From the NCBI RefSeq assembly GCF_009914755.1, contig NC_060943.1: a stretch of 64,000 nt of DNA; one strand, given 5' to 3'. The notes beneath the pieces were generated by a model. It made no database searches, was not told the origin of the DNA, and worked only from the letters and a program-made list of their open reading frames with translations. The position numbers and the translations under genes are program-made. Position 1 is the stretch's first letter. Every line of letters starts with the position of its first letter. Of the stretch, positions 40,581-55,518 are shown piece by piece. Source of the stretch: the human T2T-CHM13v2.0 reference genome, Homo sapiens.

Positions 40581-41105
40581 TTAATGTTGTACGTGCTGGC
40601 TGGGCAGCTGGAGTTGGGTAGAGGGCGGTTAGGGTTCTAGGCTGGTGTGGATGCTCTGAGAAAGCTATACTTGATGCGAAAATATTGAAATCCTTCTCTG
40701 CTAGCTGGCAAAGGGCCGCTGCTCTCACTCATCAGAGGGGCCCCAGCCTCCCCACCCTCCAGTAATTCTGGGGCACAGGAGAAAGCCTCTGGGACCTTGT
40801 TGCCCAAGTATCTTCTCATTGGTGGGTGCCCGAGCGGAACAGGTTGTTCAGATGTTCAAATACTTCTGCATGTGTCAGTAAAGAGCTGCCACTCTGGCTG
40901 GGTACAGTGGCTCACACCTGCAATCCCAGCACTTTAGGAGGTTGCGGTGGGAGGATGGCTTGAGCTCAGGAGTTCGAGACCAGCCTGGGCAACATAGCAA
41001 GACTTGGTCTCTACAAAAAATTTTTAAAACTAGTTGGGCGTAGTGGCGCACACCTATAGTCCCAGCGAATTGCGGGGGCTGAGGAGGGAGGATCACAAAA
41101 ATTTA

Positions 41106-41557
<452 letters not shown>

Positions 41558-41692
41558 TCAAAACAAACAACAGTAAAAAAACCCCACAACAGCTACCCCC
41601 GAGCTTCTCCAGTGTCCTGATACCACCTTGCAGCCTGAGGGCCTCAGGGATGGCGCCGCTTGAATTCTGGGTGCCCCTGTCCCCCACCACAG

Positions 41693-42244
41693 GAGCTGCT
41701 GATGGCGCACGACTTCACCAAGTTTCACTCGCTGAAGCCGAAGCTGCTAGAGGCACTGGACGAGATGCTGACGCACGACATCGCCAAGCTCATGCCCCTG
41801 CTGCGGCAGGAGGAGCTGGAGAGCACCGAGGTGGGCGTGCAGGGGGGCGCTTTTGAGGGCACCCACATGGGCCCGTTTGTGGAGCGGGGACCTGACGAGG
41901 CCATGGAGGACGGCGAGGAGGGCTCGGACGACGAGGCCGAGTGGGTGGTGACCAAAGACAAGTCCAAATACGACGAGATCTTCTACAACCTGGCGCCTGC
42001 CGACGGCAAGCTGAGCGGCTCCAAGGCCAAGACCTGGATGGTGGGGACCAAGCTCCCCAACTCAGTGCTGGGGCGCATCTGGAAGCTCAGCGATGTGGAC
42101 CGCGACGGCATGCTGGATGATGAGGAGTTCGCGCTGGCCAGCCACCTCATCGAGGCCAAGCTGGAAGGCCACGGGCTGCCCGCCAACCTGCCCCGTCGCC
42201 TGGTGCCACCCTCCAAGCGACGCCACAAGGGCTCCGCCGAGTGA
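41693..42244 (+). CDS. EHD2: EHD2 exon 6 coding part: GPF linker, EH domain with EF-hand DVDRDGMLDDEEF, KRRHK tail
   Basis: cacag|GAG CTG; TGA at 42242-42244. Total CDS 404+98+413+165+552 = 1632 nt (543 aa). Confidence 0.97.
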   Translation, partial: ELLMAHDFTKFHSLKPKLLEALDEMLTHDIAKLMPLLRQEELESTEVGVQGGAFEGTHMGPFVERGPDEAMEDGEEGSDDEAEWVVTKDKSKYDEIFYNLAPADGKLSGSKAKTWMVGTKLPNSVLGRIWKLSDVDRDGMLDDEEFALASHLIEAKLEGHGLPANLPRRLVPPSKRRHKGSAE

Positions 42245-43946
42245 GCCGGCCCCCCTCCCATGGCCCTGCTGTGGCTCCCCAGCTCCAGTCGGCTGCACGC
42301 ACACCCCTGCTCCGGCTCACACACGCCCTGCCTGCCCTCCCTGCCCAGCTGTAAGGACCGGGGGTCTCCCTCCTCACTACCGCCAGACACCCCGGTGGAA
42401 GCATTTAGAGGGGACCACGGGAGGGACAAGGCTTCTCTGTCCGCCCTTCACACCTCCAGCCTCACGTTCACTTAGGCACATCACACACACACTGGCACAC
42501 GCAGGCATCCATCCATCCGTCATTCATTCAAATATTTATTGAGCACCTACTATGTGCCCAGCCCTGTTCTAGGCACTGGGCATTACCATAGAGAACAAAA
42601 TAGACAAATACATCTGCCCTCATGGAAGGTGACGTTCCCAGGAGAGGGCACCTACACAGTCACGCAAACACACACTAATTCCTGGCAGGGCCCCCAGCCC
42701 CTCCCCTGGCTGAGCAGCCCTGTGGCTGAAATGACTAGCAGATAAACAGACCCCCTTCTGCTCCGCTTCCTCCTGCCCAGCCAGGCAACACCCTCAACCG
42801 GCTCCATCACATCCTCAGGTCTCGGGACCATGGGGGGCTCAGAGGGGAGACACACCTACTGCTTCCTCAGATGGGCCCCTCCGCAGCCCCTTCCCTTGCT
42901 CGGGGAAAGCCCCCAATTCTGCCCACACCCATTTATTTCCTTCCTTCCTTCCTTCTTTTCTTTCCTTCCTTCCTTCTTTTTTGTTTTTGCCCCCAATTCT
43001 GCCCATACCCATTTCTTTCTTTCCTTCCTTCCTTCTTTTTTGTTTTTGCCCCCAGTTCTGTCCACACCCCTTCCCTTTCCTGTCCTGTCCTTTCTTTCTT
43101 TTTTGATAGAATCTTGCTCTGTCGCCCAGGCTGGAGTGCAGTGGTGAGATCTCAGCTCACTGCAACCTCCACCTCCTGGGTTGAAGTGATTCTCGTGCCT
43201 CAGCCTCCTGAGTAGCTGGGACTGCAGGCACGCGCCACCACGCCCAGCTAATTTTTGTATTTGAGTAGAGACGGGGTTTCACCATGTTGGCCAGGCTGGT
43301 CTCGAACTCCGCATCTCAGGTGATCTGCTCGCCTTGGCCTCCCAAAGTGATGGGATTACAGGCATGAGCCACCGTGCCCGGCTTCACACCCATTTCTTTA
43401 AAAAGGATCCCGTAGCAGGCAGAAAAGCCCCTTCCATCCTGCTCCTCTGATACTGTGCCCCCTTGGAGATATTTCCGTCCTCCACCCACGTGTCTGTGGC
43501 TGGAACTGCCCAGCCTGCTCCTGGCCCCCTGGAAGCCTCCCCACAGCTGGTAATCTGGACTTAAGGATTGCTGGGCCACCGCCTCTCTGCCTACCACCAT
43601 TCCATATTTAAGTGGAGCCCCTACGTAGAAAGGCCCCGGGGCTTTATTTTAGTCTCCTTTTCAGGGATGTCGTGGGCGGGGGAGGGGGTTCTTGGTGCTA
43701 CAGCCCTCTCCCCACCCCTAAAGGGACGCCGACGCTGTTTGCTGCCTTCACCACATATTAGTGCTTGACCCTGGCAGGGGACCCCATGGAAAAGATGGGG
43801 AAGAGCAAAATACATGGAGACGACGCACCCTCCAGGATGCTCGCTGGGATTCCCACGCCCACCACTGTCCCCCACCCCATGGCTGGGAGGGGCCTCTGAA
43901 CGGAACAGTGTCCCCACAGAGCGAATAAAGCCAAGGCTTCTTCCCA
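42245..43946 (+). other. EHD2: EHD2 3'UTR with an L2 relic (~42520-42640) and an antisense Alu (~43095-43383)
   Basis: Runs from the stop codon to AATAAA. Confidence 0.8.
43924..43929 (+). terminator. EHD2 polyadenylation signal AATAAA
   Basis: First canonical AATAAA seen after the stop codon, with GU-rich sequence downstream. Confidence 0.85.
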
Positions 43947-44039
43947 TGTGGCAGTGAGGCTGGCTTGGGACAGGGATCGCCCGCCCTCCCCCAGGGAAAG
44001 AGAGACCTGGGCAGGATTTGGGGTGGGGGGAGGCCCCCT

Positions 44040-44227
44040 TCCGTGCTCTCAGGGGCGGGGTGGAGTCCGTGACTCAATGCAGCGAGGCCTGGTGACTCAG
44101 GCCTGGGCTGGGGGCCAGAACGGCATATTTTCCGAGGAAAAGTGACTCTGGGGCCCTCCCCCCGGGACATCCCTTCCTCCCACCTCCCGCGGCGGGGGCC
44201 TGGGAACCAAGCCCTGGGGCGCGCGCG

Positions 44228-44269
<42 letters not shown>

Positions 44270-44705
44270 TCGGGCACGAAGTGCTCTCCCAGCTCCCGCC
44301 CTGCCCGGCAACGTGCCCTTGCACAACCTGGGTACATAACTCCCGACGCGTAACACCAGGAACACGCTGGTTTCTGGTTGGGGAAGTGGTGACCTTGCCC
44401 ACACGGGCTGCCAGGAGTGTGCGCGCGCTCACGCACCGGGGACTCTTGGCCAGAGCTGGGCAGCGCACCGTGCGCGCCGAGTCCCGCGCACTCACATCCA
44501 GGCCACACCCACGGCGTCCCGGGACACGCTGGCCGCGCACTCATCCCGCCCACGCGGGCCCAGTTTCGCGGCTCGCGGCGCCCCCTGGCGGACGCTCAGA
44601 AAACAGATAGGCTGTGGTCGCCAAAATCCCTGCCCAGGTGATTCGGCGCTCAGGTCTCGGGGCTGCGATCCAGGGCCTGTCACCTTTAGGGCCTGTCACC
44701 TTTCC
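44040..44705. promoter_or_regulatory. CpG-rich regulatory element between EHD2 and NOP53: GC box, two AP-1 sites, (GT)n, CTCF
   Basis: GGGGCGGGG at 44052; TGACTCA at 44070 and 44093; (GT)~18 at ~44230-44267; dense CpG. Confidence 0.65.
44578..44591 (-). promoter_or_regulatory. CTCF motif, reverse orientation (CCGCCAGGGGGCGC)
   Basis: Consensus match to the CTCF core. Confidence 0.75.
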
Positions 44706-44810
44706 AACGCTCTGCGCAAGGATCCAGTTGAATTTCGCTGTGTGACCATGCGTGTGTCGCCTGCCCTCTCTGTGCCTTTTTCCTTTATGAGTCCAGAGTG
44801 GCTTTTATGA

Positions 44811-45215
<405 letters not shown>

Positions 45216-46079
45216 TGAAGCCTCAGAGGGCAAGGCAGTAACAATAGCTAACACTCAGATGCCAGACGCAGCCTTAAGCGCTTTACATATGTTTAATCTT
45301 CTGCATGACTTATGACGCAGATGTACTGTTATCATCTTTATTTTACAGATGAGGAAACTGAGGCACAGTGAAGTAGCCCGCTCAAGATGAATGATTCTGA
45401 GTCTGCACTTCTAGGGTCCTAAAAGTGTATGTTTCTAACATTCCTCTAATGTTCTGTGCTTCCAACTTTGATATTCCGAAAGTTACTTGATTTCTAAGAT
45501 CCTAGGATTGGAACATTTGAGAGGACAAAACTTCTGAGATTGGAATGTGTGTTGTGCGGAATCTGCCACTGACGGTTCTGACTTTCTAAGAAAACGAGAT
45601 TAAAAAATAATCAGGCCGAGCATGGTGGCTCACATCTGTAATCCTAGCATTTTCGGAGGCTGAGGAGGGAGAATCACTTGAGCCCAGGGGTTCAAGACCA
45701 GCCTGGACAACATAGTGAGACCTTTGTCTCTTAAAAAAAAACACACACACATCAGTTTGGACCGGGAGTGGTGGTGTGAGCCTGTAATCCCAGCGCTTTG
45801 GGAGGCCTAGGAAGGAGGATCACTTGAAACCAGATGTTTGAGACCAGCCTGGGCAACATGGGGAGGCTCCATTTCTACAAAAAATAAAAATAAAAAATTA
45901 GCCAGGTGCGGATGCACCCTTCTGTGGTCGCAGCTACTCGGGAGGCTGAGGTAGGAGAATCCCTGAGCTTAGGAGTTGGAGGCTGCAGTGAGCCATTACC
46001 CTTCCACTGCACTCCAGCCTGGGGGCAACAAAGTGAGACCTTATCTATTAAAGAAAAAAATCAGTTTGAGCAAAGACCC

Positions 46080-46377
46080 CAGGCGGCCGGGAAAGGTGTT
46101 CGCTTAAGGGCGAAAGCTAAGAACCTGCAACCTTCCCGTCTCTTTCCTACCACCCGCCGCCGTTAGGAATCTTCAGATCCCGCTGTAAAGAATGGAGGAA
46201 GGAGGAGCCATTTATCCTTTACCAAGATGGCAGCCTCCTGGCAACTCCAGTCACTTTATAAATATGGCTGCCACAGGAAGTACGTCACGGAAGAGGGTGG
46301 GAAATCTGCGCGCGCACGCTGCAAAGGGGCTTTTTGGGACGCCAGTGGCTGAGTTCTTCCTTTGACAAGATGGCGGC
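46080..46377 (+). promoter_or_regulatory. NOP53: NOP53 promoter: YY1 x3, ETS, CRE half-site, NRF1-like site, pyrimidine (TCT/5'TOP-like) initiator
   Basis: CAAGATGGC at 46223, AAATATGGC at 46260, CAGGAAGT at 46274, ACGTCA, TGCGCGCGCA at ~46307, TTCTTCCTTT at 46354-46363, CAAGATGGCGGC at 46366-46377. Confidence 0.8.
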
Positions 46378-46593
46378 AGGAGGCAGTGGCGTTGGTGGGA
46401 AGCGCAGCTCGAAAAGCGATGCCGATTCTGGTTTCCTGGGGCTGCGGCCCACTTCGGTGGACCCAGCGCTGAGGCGGCGGCGGCGAGGCCCAAGAAATAA
46501 GAAGCGGGGCTGGCGGCGGCTTGCTCAGGAGCCGCTGGGGCTGGAGGTTGACCAGTTCCTGGAAGACGTGCGGCTACAGGAGCGCACGAGCGG
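46370..46593 (+). CDS. NOP53: NOP53 (GLTSCR2/PICT1) exon 1 coding part, [15 protein letters not shown]...
   Basis: aagATGg; donor GG|gtacgt; 224 nt. Confidence 0.96.
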
Positions 46594-46673
46594 GTACGTT
46601 GGGCGGGACTTCCGGGAGGTGGGACGGTTCCTGCGCCCAGGTGCAAGGCCAGGCGTGCTTGCGTGGACTCGTC

Positions 46674-46706
46674 GGGGGTCGGGGGTCGGGGGTCGGGGGT
46701 TGGGGG
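46674..46706 (+). repeat. (GGGGGTC)n heptamer repeat with five G5 tracts
   Basis: G5 at 46674, 46681, 46688, 46695, 46702. Confidence 0.9.
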
Positions 46707-46780
46707 CTCCTGTCCCGGGGACCGCCGAGGAAATGGAGAGCATGGGCAGGGGACTCAGCATGGGAAGCTGGAGAGCTTGA

Positions 46781-46905
46781 TAGAGTTACCAGATTTAGCA
46801 GATAAATATACAGGACGCTCAATTAAATTTGGATTTTAGGTAAACAATGAATAATTTTTAGCATAAATACGTTCCATGCATCCACCTTAGCTTGCTGTTT
46901 TCTAA
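46781..46905. mobile_element. MER53-like hAT relic followed by a (TA/TG)n microsatellite (~46907-47010)
   Basis: 'gttaccagat...atacaggacgctcaattaaattt..atttt..gtaaacaatgaataattttt' resembles MER53. Confidence 0.65.
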
Positions 46906-47193
46906 ATATGTGTGTGTGTGTATGTATATATGTGTGTGTATATATATGTGTATATGTGTGTATATATATATGTGTATATGTGTGTGTGTATATATATGTA
47001 TATATATATGTTTTTCAGACGGAGTCTCGCTCTATCGCCCAGGCTGGAGTAGGCGCGATCTCAGCTCACCGCAACCTCCGCCTCCCAGGCTCAAGCGATT
47101 CTCCTGCCTCAGCTCCTTAGTAGCTGGGATTACAGGCGGGCGCCACCACGCTCGGCTATTTTTCTTTTCTTTTCTTTTTTCTTTTTTTTTTGA

Positions 47194-47435
<242 letters not shown>

Positions 47436-47776
47436 TAAGGTGCTAAGATTACAGGTGTGAGCCACCACACCCAGCCTAATTTTTGTATTTTTAGTAAAGG
47501 CAGGGTTTCACCATGTTGGCCAGGCTGCTCTTGAACTCCTGACCTCAGGTGAGCCACCCGCCTGGGCCTCCCAAAGTGCTGGGATTACAGGCGTGAGCCA
47601 CTGCGCCTGGCAGTCCTTCCTAAATACTAAGTTCTGTAAACTGCTGGGCGAAGCCTTAGCCTGGAAGAGTCCGGTGGCGGGACTTGACTAAGCGGAAGAT
47701 GAAGGCTGGACCTGCCAGGTTAAATCTCTTTCCTCTCCAACATCTCTGGCTGATGTTCTGCATTTCTGTCCCCCAG

Positions 47777-47841
47777 TGGCTTGTTGTCAGAGGCCCCAAA
47801 TGAAAAACTCTTCTTCGTGGACACTGGCTCCAAGGAAAAAG
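47777..47841 (+). CDS. NOP53: NOP53 exon 2 (LFFVD arch-interacting motif for MTR4)
   Basis: ccag|T GGC ... AAA G|gtgag; 65 nt. Confidence 0.95.
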
Positions 47842-48219
47842 GTGAGGAGAGGCTTTTGTGGTGTGGAATGGCGGTTATTCATTGTTAGTCAGCTTACGGT
47901 AGCCTCTGAGATCTGTGTTAATGATGTGGCTTGGAAGGCAAATATCTGCGGAAACAGGTCAACCTTAATATAAACAAGGGGACCTCAAATGGGCAGAAAG
48001 CAAGCTGGAGACGAACTTAGAGAAGGCAGGTTTTTCTTTTGAGATGTCAGTGATCTCCATGCACAGATAAGCTGCTGGGAGTCTGCCTTGATGAATAAGT
48101 TAGAAACACATTAAAGGATCTCTTTTTAGCTTGCAGAAAAGCAAGTCAAGGACCTGCTTAACTCAGTCCTGCCGGTTGCGGTGAGTCACGCCTGTATTCC
48201 CAGTACTTTGGGAGGCTCA

Positions 48220-48971
<752 letters not shown>

Positions 48972-50478
48972 TGATCCACCCGCCTTGGCCTCCCAAAGTG
49001 CTGGGGTTATAGGCGTGAGCCGCTGCGCCTGGCCAAGATGAGCTTTAATAGGAATAAGAGGACTTGCTTTAGTGAGCGGGTAACACACGTCTTAACTTGC
49101 TTGCCTTAAGTTGCTAGAATGTAGGGTGGGGATCTGCTGAAACAAGATGAGGCGTGAGGGAGGGATTGCTCTGGTGAGTAATAGTGTTTACTTCAATATG
49201 TAGAAAAACAAACTAAGAACAGATGATCTGCTCTAATGAACAGCCTGGAAGCAAGCGAAGGGGTCTGCTTTAATGAGCAAGAGAGTGAGCTTGTGTGAGA
49301 TCAGTCAAAGGGTATGTTTTAATGAAAATGAGCGGACCTGGTTCAGTGACCAGATAGAGTGGAAGGAGCTGCCCTGAGGTACAGGAGACTTCCAATAGGC
49401 AGGTAAAAAGTGGTTATTAGAGTCTGGGTGCAGTGGCCTACACCTGTAAGCCCAGCGCTTTGGGAGGCCGAGGTGGGGCGGATCACTTGAGGTCAGGGGT
49501 TGGAGACCAGCCTGGGCAGCATGGCGAAACCCCGTCTCTACTAAAAATACAAAAACTAGCCGGACGTCATGGTACACGCATGTAATCCCAGCTACTGAGA
49601 AGCGCTTGAACCCGGGAGGCAGAGGTTGCAGTGAGCCAAGATCATACCACTGCACTCCAGCCTGGGCGACAGAGCAAGACTCTGTCTCAAGCTGGGCGTG
49701 GTGGCTCACGCCTGTAATCCCAGCACTTTGGGAGGCTGATGCGGGTGGATCACCTGAGGTCGGGAGTTTGAGACCAGCCTGACCAACATGGAGAAACCCC
49801 GTCTTTACTAAGAGTACAAAATTAGCCGAGCGTGGTGGCGCATGCCTGTAATTCCAGCTACTCAGGAGGCTGAGGCAGGATTGTTGCTTGAACCTGGGAG
49901 GCAGAGGTTGCAGTGAGCCAAGAGCGCATCATTGCACTCCGCTCCAGCCTGGGTTACAAGACTCTGTCTCAAAAAAAAAAAAAAGTGGGGGGTTATTAGA
50001 GAAGTCAGCCTTGACCGAAGTGAGTTGATCTGGTGTGTGAGTGTAAAGGGTAAGTCAGTGACCTGCCCGTAATGAACAGATGGGAAAGTAGTTACCGGCG
50101 TGCTTTGGCGAGTGGGAAGCCTCTTTGGGGGGCAGGAAAGAGGCAGTTTATGGGTTCCACTTTAGTAAGGAAACACGGACAAAGATCATAGTGGTTGTGA
50201 GCAGTCAACCAGGTCAGCCCCTGTGCTTTGTGGGCCTTAAATGATTACATCTTCATAACGGCCTAGTGAGGGAGGTATCCACATCCTCATTTTGGGGGCA
50301 CGGAGGAGCTAAGCCTCTTGTGTGAGGTCCCACAGTCCATGCAAGGGTGTTATTCCATTCTAGAGTGTTTTGCTGTAGAGTTACTGCTTTTAACTGTTAG
50401 GCTTTTGAAGTAAAAACCACAGGTATCTTTGTGGGAGGAAAAAGACAGTAAAAACCAGAGAACTAGAAGTTATGCTGA

Positions 50479-50736
<258 letters not shown>

Positions 50737-50987
50737 TGACTCTTCGTGTCCCCAGCATGGGGCCTGCCTCCTGCTGGCCCAGCACTTGGTTGTGGAGGGT
50801 CAGAGCTTGGGCACCTTGGGCCCCATCCTTAGGGGCCTCTACCTCCAGGTAGGAGCCTGGGGACCTCCAAGTCTCCTGGGGTGACTTGGGATTCAGGTCT
50901 GATGGCTCCCATGGAGGTGAATAGGGTGGGTGGTCTTTGGCAGTGGGTAGGGCTGAGGCCTTGACTTGTTCTCTTTCCCATTCTTAG

Positions 50988-51096
50988 GGCTGACAAAGAA
51001 GAGAACCAAAGTCCAGAAGAAGTCACTGCTTCTCAAGAAACCCCTTCGGGTTGACCTCATCCTCGAGAACACATCCAAAGTCCCTGCCCCCAAAGA
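50988..51096 (+). CDS. NOP53: NOP53 exon 3
   Basis: ttag|GG CTG ... AAA GA|gtgagt; 109 nt. Confidence 0.95.
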
Positions 51097-51717
51097 GTGA
51101 GTGTCCCAGCATCCCTGGGCCCTTCTTTCCCACCAGACTCTGGTCCTAAAGGGTTTCCGGGGCTGGGGGCTGGTAGGTGAGGGTCATTTGAAGGGTAGGG
51201 CAGGCTCAGGTTTGGGCTTCGGAGTGCAGATTAGAGGGAGGGAGTCTGGGTGCCCTGGTGCTGGGCCGAGGCAGGTGAGGAGGGGCCTGGACCCAGCTGG
51301 GGGCTTCGGGGTTGGAGAGGAGGGGCTGAGTGGGAGGCGTGTTCAGGAGGCACATCAGGTGGGTCTTGGGGCATGAGCGGGTGAGAGGGTGGACAGCTGG
51401 CCTTCCCCTGAGATGGGGATGTGGAGGAGTGGGATTTCGGGTGATGCTGAGGTTGGTTTTGACGTGGTGGTGTGAGGTGCCTGGGGTATGTCCAGGACGG
51501 GGCTGTTGCTTCGTTGAGTCTGGGGCTCAGAGGGGAGGCCTAGGCTGGAGACAGACGTGGGGAGAGGAGTTCTCTGAAGAGGGGGCGGAGTGCCACCTTT
51601 TGGAGAGGGGGTGCTGAAGCTGCCTTAATGGTGGAGGAAGCCCGACGGGGAGGAGGCCCTGCTGCCGTTCAGGCTGCCACCTCACCTGCTGCACTTGTGC
51701 CCCCTCTCCCCGACCAG

Positions 51718-51917
51718 CGTCCTCGCCCACCAGGTCCCCAACGCCAAGAAGCTCAGGCGGAAGGAGCAGCTATGGGAGAAGCTGGCCAAGCAGGGCGAGC
51801 TGCCCCGGGAGGTGCGCAGGGCCCAGGCCCGGCTCCTCAACCCTTCTGCAACAAGGGCCAAGCCCGGGCCCCAGGACACCGTAGAGCGGCCCTTCTACGA
51901 CCTCTGGGCCTCAGACA
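51718..51917 (+). CDS. NOP53: NOP53 exon 4 (FYDLW)
   Basis: ccag|C GTC ... GAC A|gtgagt; 200 nt. Confidence 0.95.
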
Positions 51918-52329
51918 GTGAGTGATCCTGCTGTCACCTATGAATGGGGACAGGACGGCCATGTGCAGTTTGTGTGTGTTGTGCACTGCACGAGAGTACA
52001 GTGTGAAAGGGAGTGCTTTGTGGGTGCTTTGGTGACCTCCCAGCAGAGTCGTGCGTCCTGAAGGGGCGGCCGTTTCCCACTCGTGCTTTTCCTTTCCTGA
52101 GTTGTGAGGCTTCAGGAAAGGAAGCCTTCAGCTTTGGTCTCTTCCACTTTCTGAACCCGTCCAGACACAGTTTTGTCCTGGTGATCAAGGCCCTTGGGGT
52201 CTAGAATCAGTCCTTCCCTTGCCTGAGCTTCAGGGTCACCTTTTTGAAATGTGGAGGGACTGGGGGGGAGCCTTTGGTGCCTCTTCCATGCTGGGACTGT
52301 CCCAGCAGCTCCCCTCGCTGTATCCACAG

Positions 52330-52400
52330 ACCCCCTGGACAGGCCGTTGGTTGGCCAGGATGAGTTTTTCCTGGAGCAGACCAAGAAGAAAGGAGTGAAG
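52330..52400 (+). CDS. NOP53: NOP53 exon 5
   Basis: acag|AC CCC ... AAG|gtgaga; 71 nt. Confidence 0.95.
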
Positions 52401-52616
52401 GTGAGATGTGTGGGAAGGGCATCCTGGGTGATGGGAGGGTGAGGAGGGCCGGGAGCTGCTCTGTGTTCCTGCAGTAGAGTCTGTCTCAGAGCCCTTCCAT
52501 CCCAGTGGCCGAGAACTCTGTGCTGGAGCCAGGTGGCTGGGATTCCTGTCCCAGCTCCAGTGCTGACTGATCCTGGGAAGGTGGTCTCACCTTTCTGCAA
52601 CCTATATCTTCCTCTA

Positions 52617-52955
<339 letters not shown>

Positions 52956-53321
52956 TTAGATCATGGGTCGGTGGGGAGAATGTAAAGAGGTAGCACATGA
53001 GAAGGTGGAGCCCGTGCTGGCAAGTGGCAGAAGTGTCACGGGTTTGAGTTTGGATTTGCAGCCTCCTTCTTGAGCTGCTGGACCCCAAGTGTTAGAGCCC
53101 AGGTGCTTACAATCTCCGGGGCTCAGCCTCGTGGGTAGCAGAGGATAGGCTGCTATCCTTTTTCTGAGATGGAGTCTTGCTCTGGAGTCACCTGAATGCC
53201 CCTTGAGCTCTTCCCACACCCAACCACTGGCAAGGCCTGGAGCATCTGCCCCATGGCTGTGTCCTGGGTCACCCGCAGCCCCAACGCACGGCCTTACCCT
53301 GCCTCGGCCTTTTCTCCACAG

Positions 53322-53417
53322 CGGCCAGCACGCCTGCACACCAAGCCGTCCCAGGCACCCGCCGTGGAGGTGGCGCCTGCCGGAGCTTCCTACAATCCAT
53401 CCTTTGAAGACCACCAG
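53322..53417 (+). CDS. NOP53: NOP53 exon 6 ([12 protein letters not shown], conserved Nop53 motif)
   Basis: acag|CGG ... CAG|gtacac; 96 nt. Confidence 0.96.
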
Positions 53418-53469
53418 GTACACTGCCCCGTCCAGGCCTCCCTCCTCAGTGGGCTCTGCCTCTTGGTCA

Positions 53470-54293
<824 letters not shown>

Positions 54294-54932
54294 TCACGTG
54301 ACTGGAGAGATGCTGAGATGTTTGCGGTAGATGCAGGACCGCTTGTCCGAATCGTTTTCAGCATTCATAAGAAGGAGATAGCTAGCCAGGAACAGAGGCA
54401 GCTTCCTCATCTGGTAGAGAAAAGTGTCTGCGGAAAAAAGCAACAGTGTGCTCATGGTTGAAAGCGTGAGGGTGCCGCTCACTGCCATCTGTTCCTGGAC
54501 CAGATGTGGGAGGGGGCGTGGAGATCAGACATTCACTTTTAGATTTGTACAGAACTACTTCGTAGAGATAAAATTCACTTAACCATACGGTCAGCCTAGT
54601 TAGAGTATGTGATTCAGTGGCTTTTAGTGACCATTGTGTAACCATCCCCGCAGTCAATTTTAGAACATTTTCACTGTCCGTAAAGGAAACCTCACACATG
54701 TCAGCCATCACCCCCGCAATTCCCTGTCTCGTGTGGTCTTGGGCTGCCAGGCTTCCTGTCTCAGGGACCAGCCCACCCTGACCAATTCACATAGATGAAA
54801 CTGTGGGCCGGGCATGGTGGCTCACACCTGTAATCCCAGCACTTTGGGAGGCCGAGGTAGGTGGACCACCTGAGGTCAGGAGTTCAAGACCAGCCTGACC
54901 AACATGGAGAAACCCCATCTCTACTAAAGTTA

Positions 54933-55085
<153 letters not shown>

Positions 55086-55336
55086 TCAAAAAAAAAATGT
55101 GAAGCGTGCAGGTCAGACTGCCTTCACAGACGTGCAGAGCAGGTGTGAGGGCGAGGGTTTGAGGTGCCCTCTGGCTCTGTGCAGGGTGGGTGTGCTGGTA
55201 GACGGGGTGTGGGGAGGAAAGCCTGGGCCGGGGCGGGATCCACGGGCACTGGATGAGGGACAGATGGGAGGTAAGAGGGTCTAGTCTCAGTGTCCCAGGA
55301 GGGGTTCAGGGACCCATCCTCACTCCCGCCCCTCAG

Positions 55337-55441
55337 ACCCTGCTCTCAGCGGCCCACGAGGTGGAGTTGCAGCGGCAGAAGGAGGCGGAGAAGCTGGAGC
55401 GGCAGCTGGCCCTGCCCGCCACGGAGCAGGCCGCCACCCAG
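55337..55441 (+). CDS. NOP53: NOP53 exon 7
   Basis: tcag|ACC ... CAG|gtgagc; 105 nt. Confidence 0.95.
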
Positions 55442-55518
55442 GTGAGCCCCGCACCTGCCCACTCCCTCCCCTCCCCGGGCCTCCTACCCACCCCTGACAC
55501 TGCACCCCGCCTCCCCAG

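Noticed and set aside
45385-45600. Recurrent ttcta(a/g)ga motifs including TTCTAAGAA (STAT/BCL6-like)
   Set aside because: Looks like a decayed simple repeat trailing a MIR; motif matches are expected by chance.
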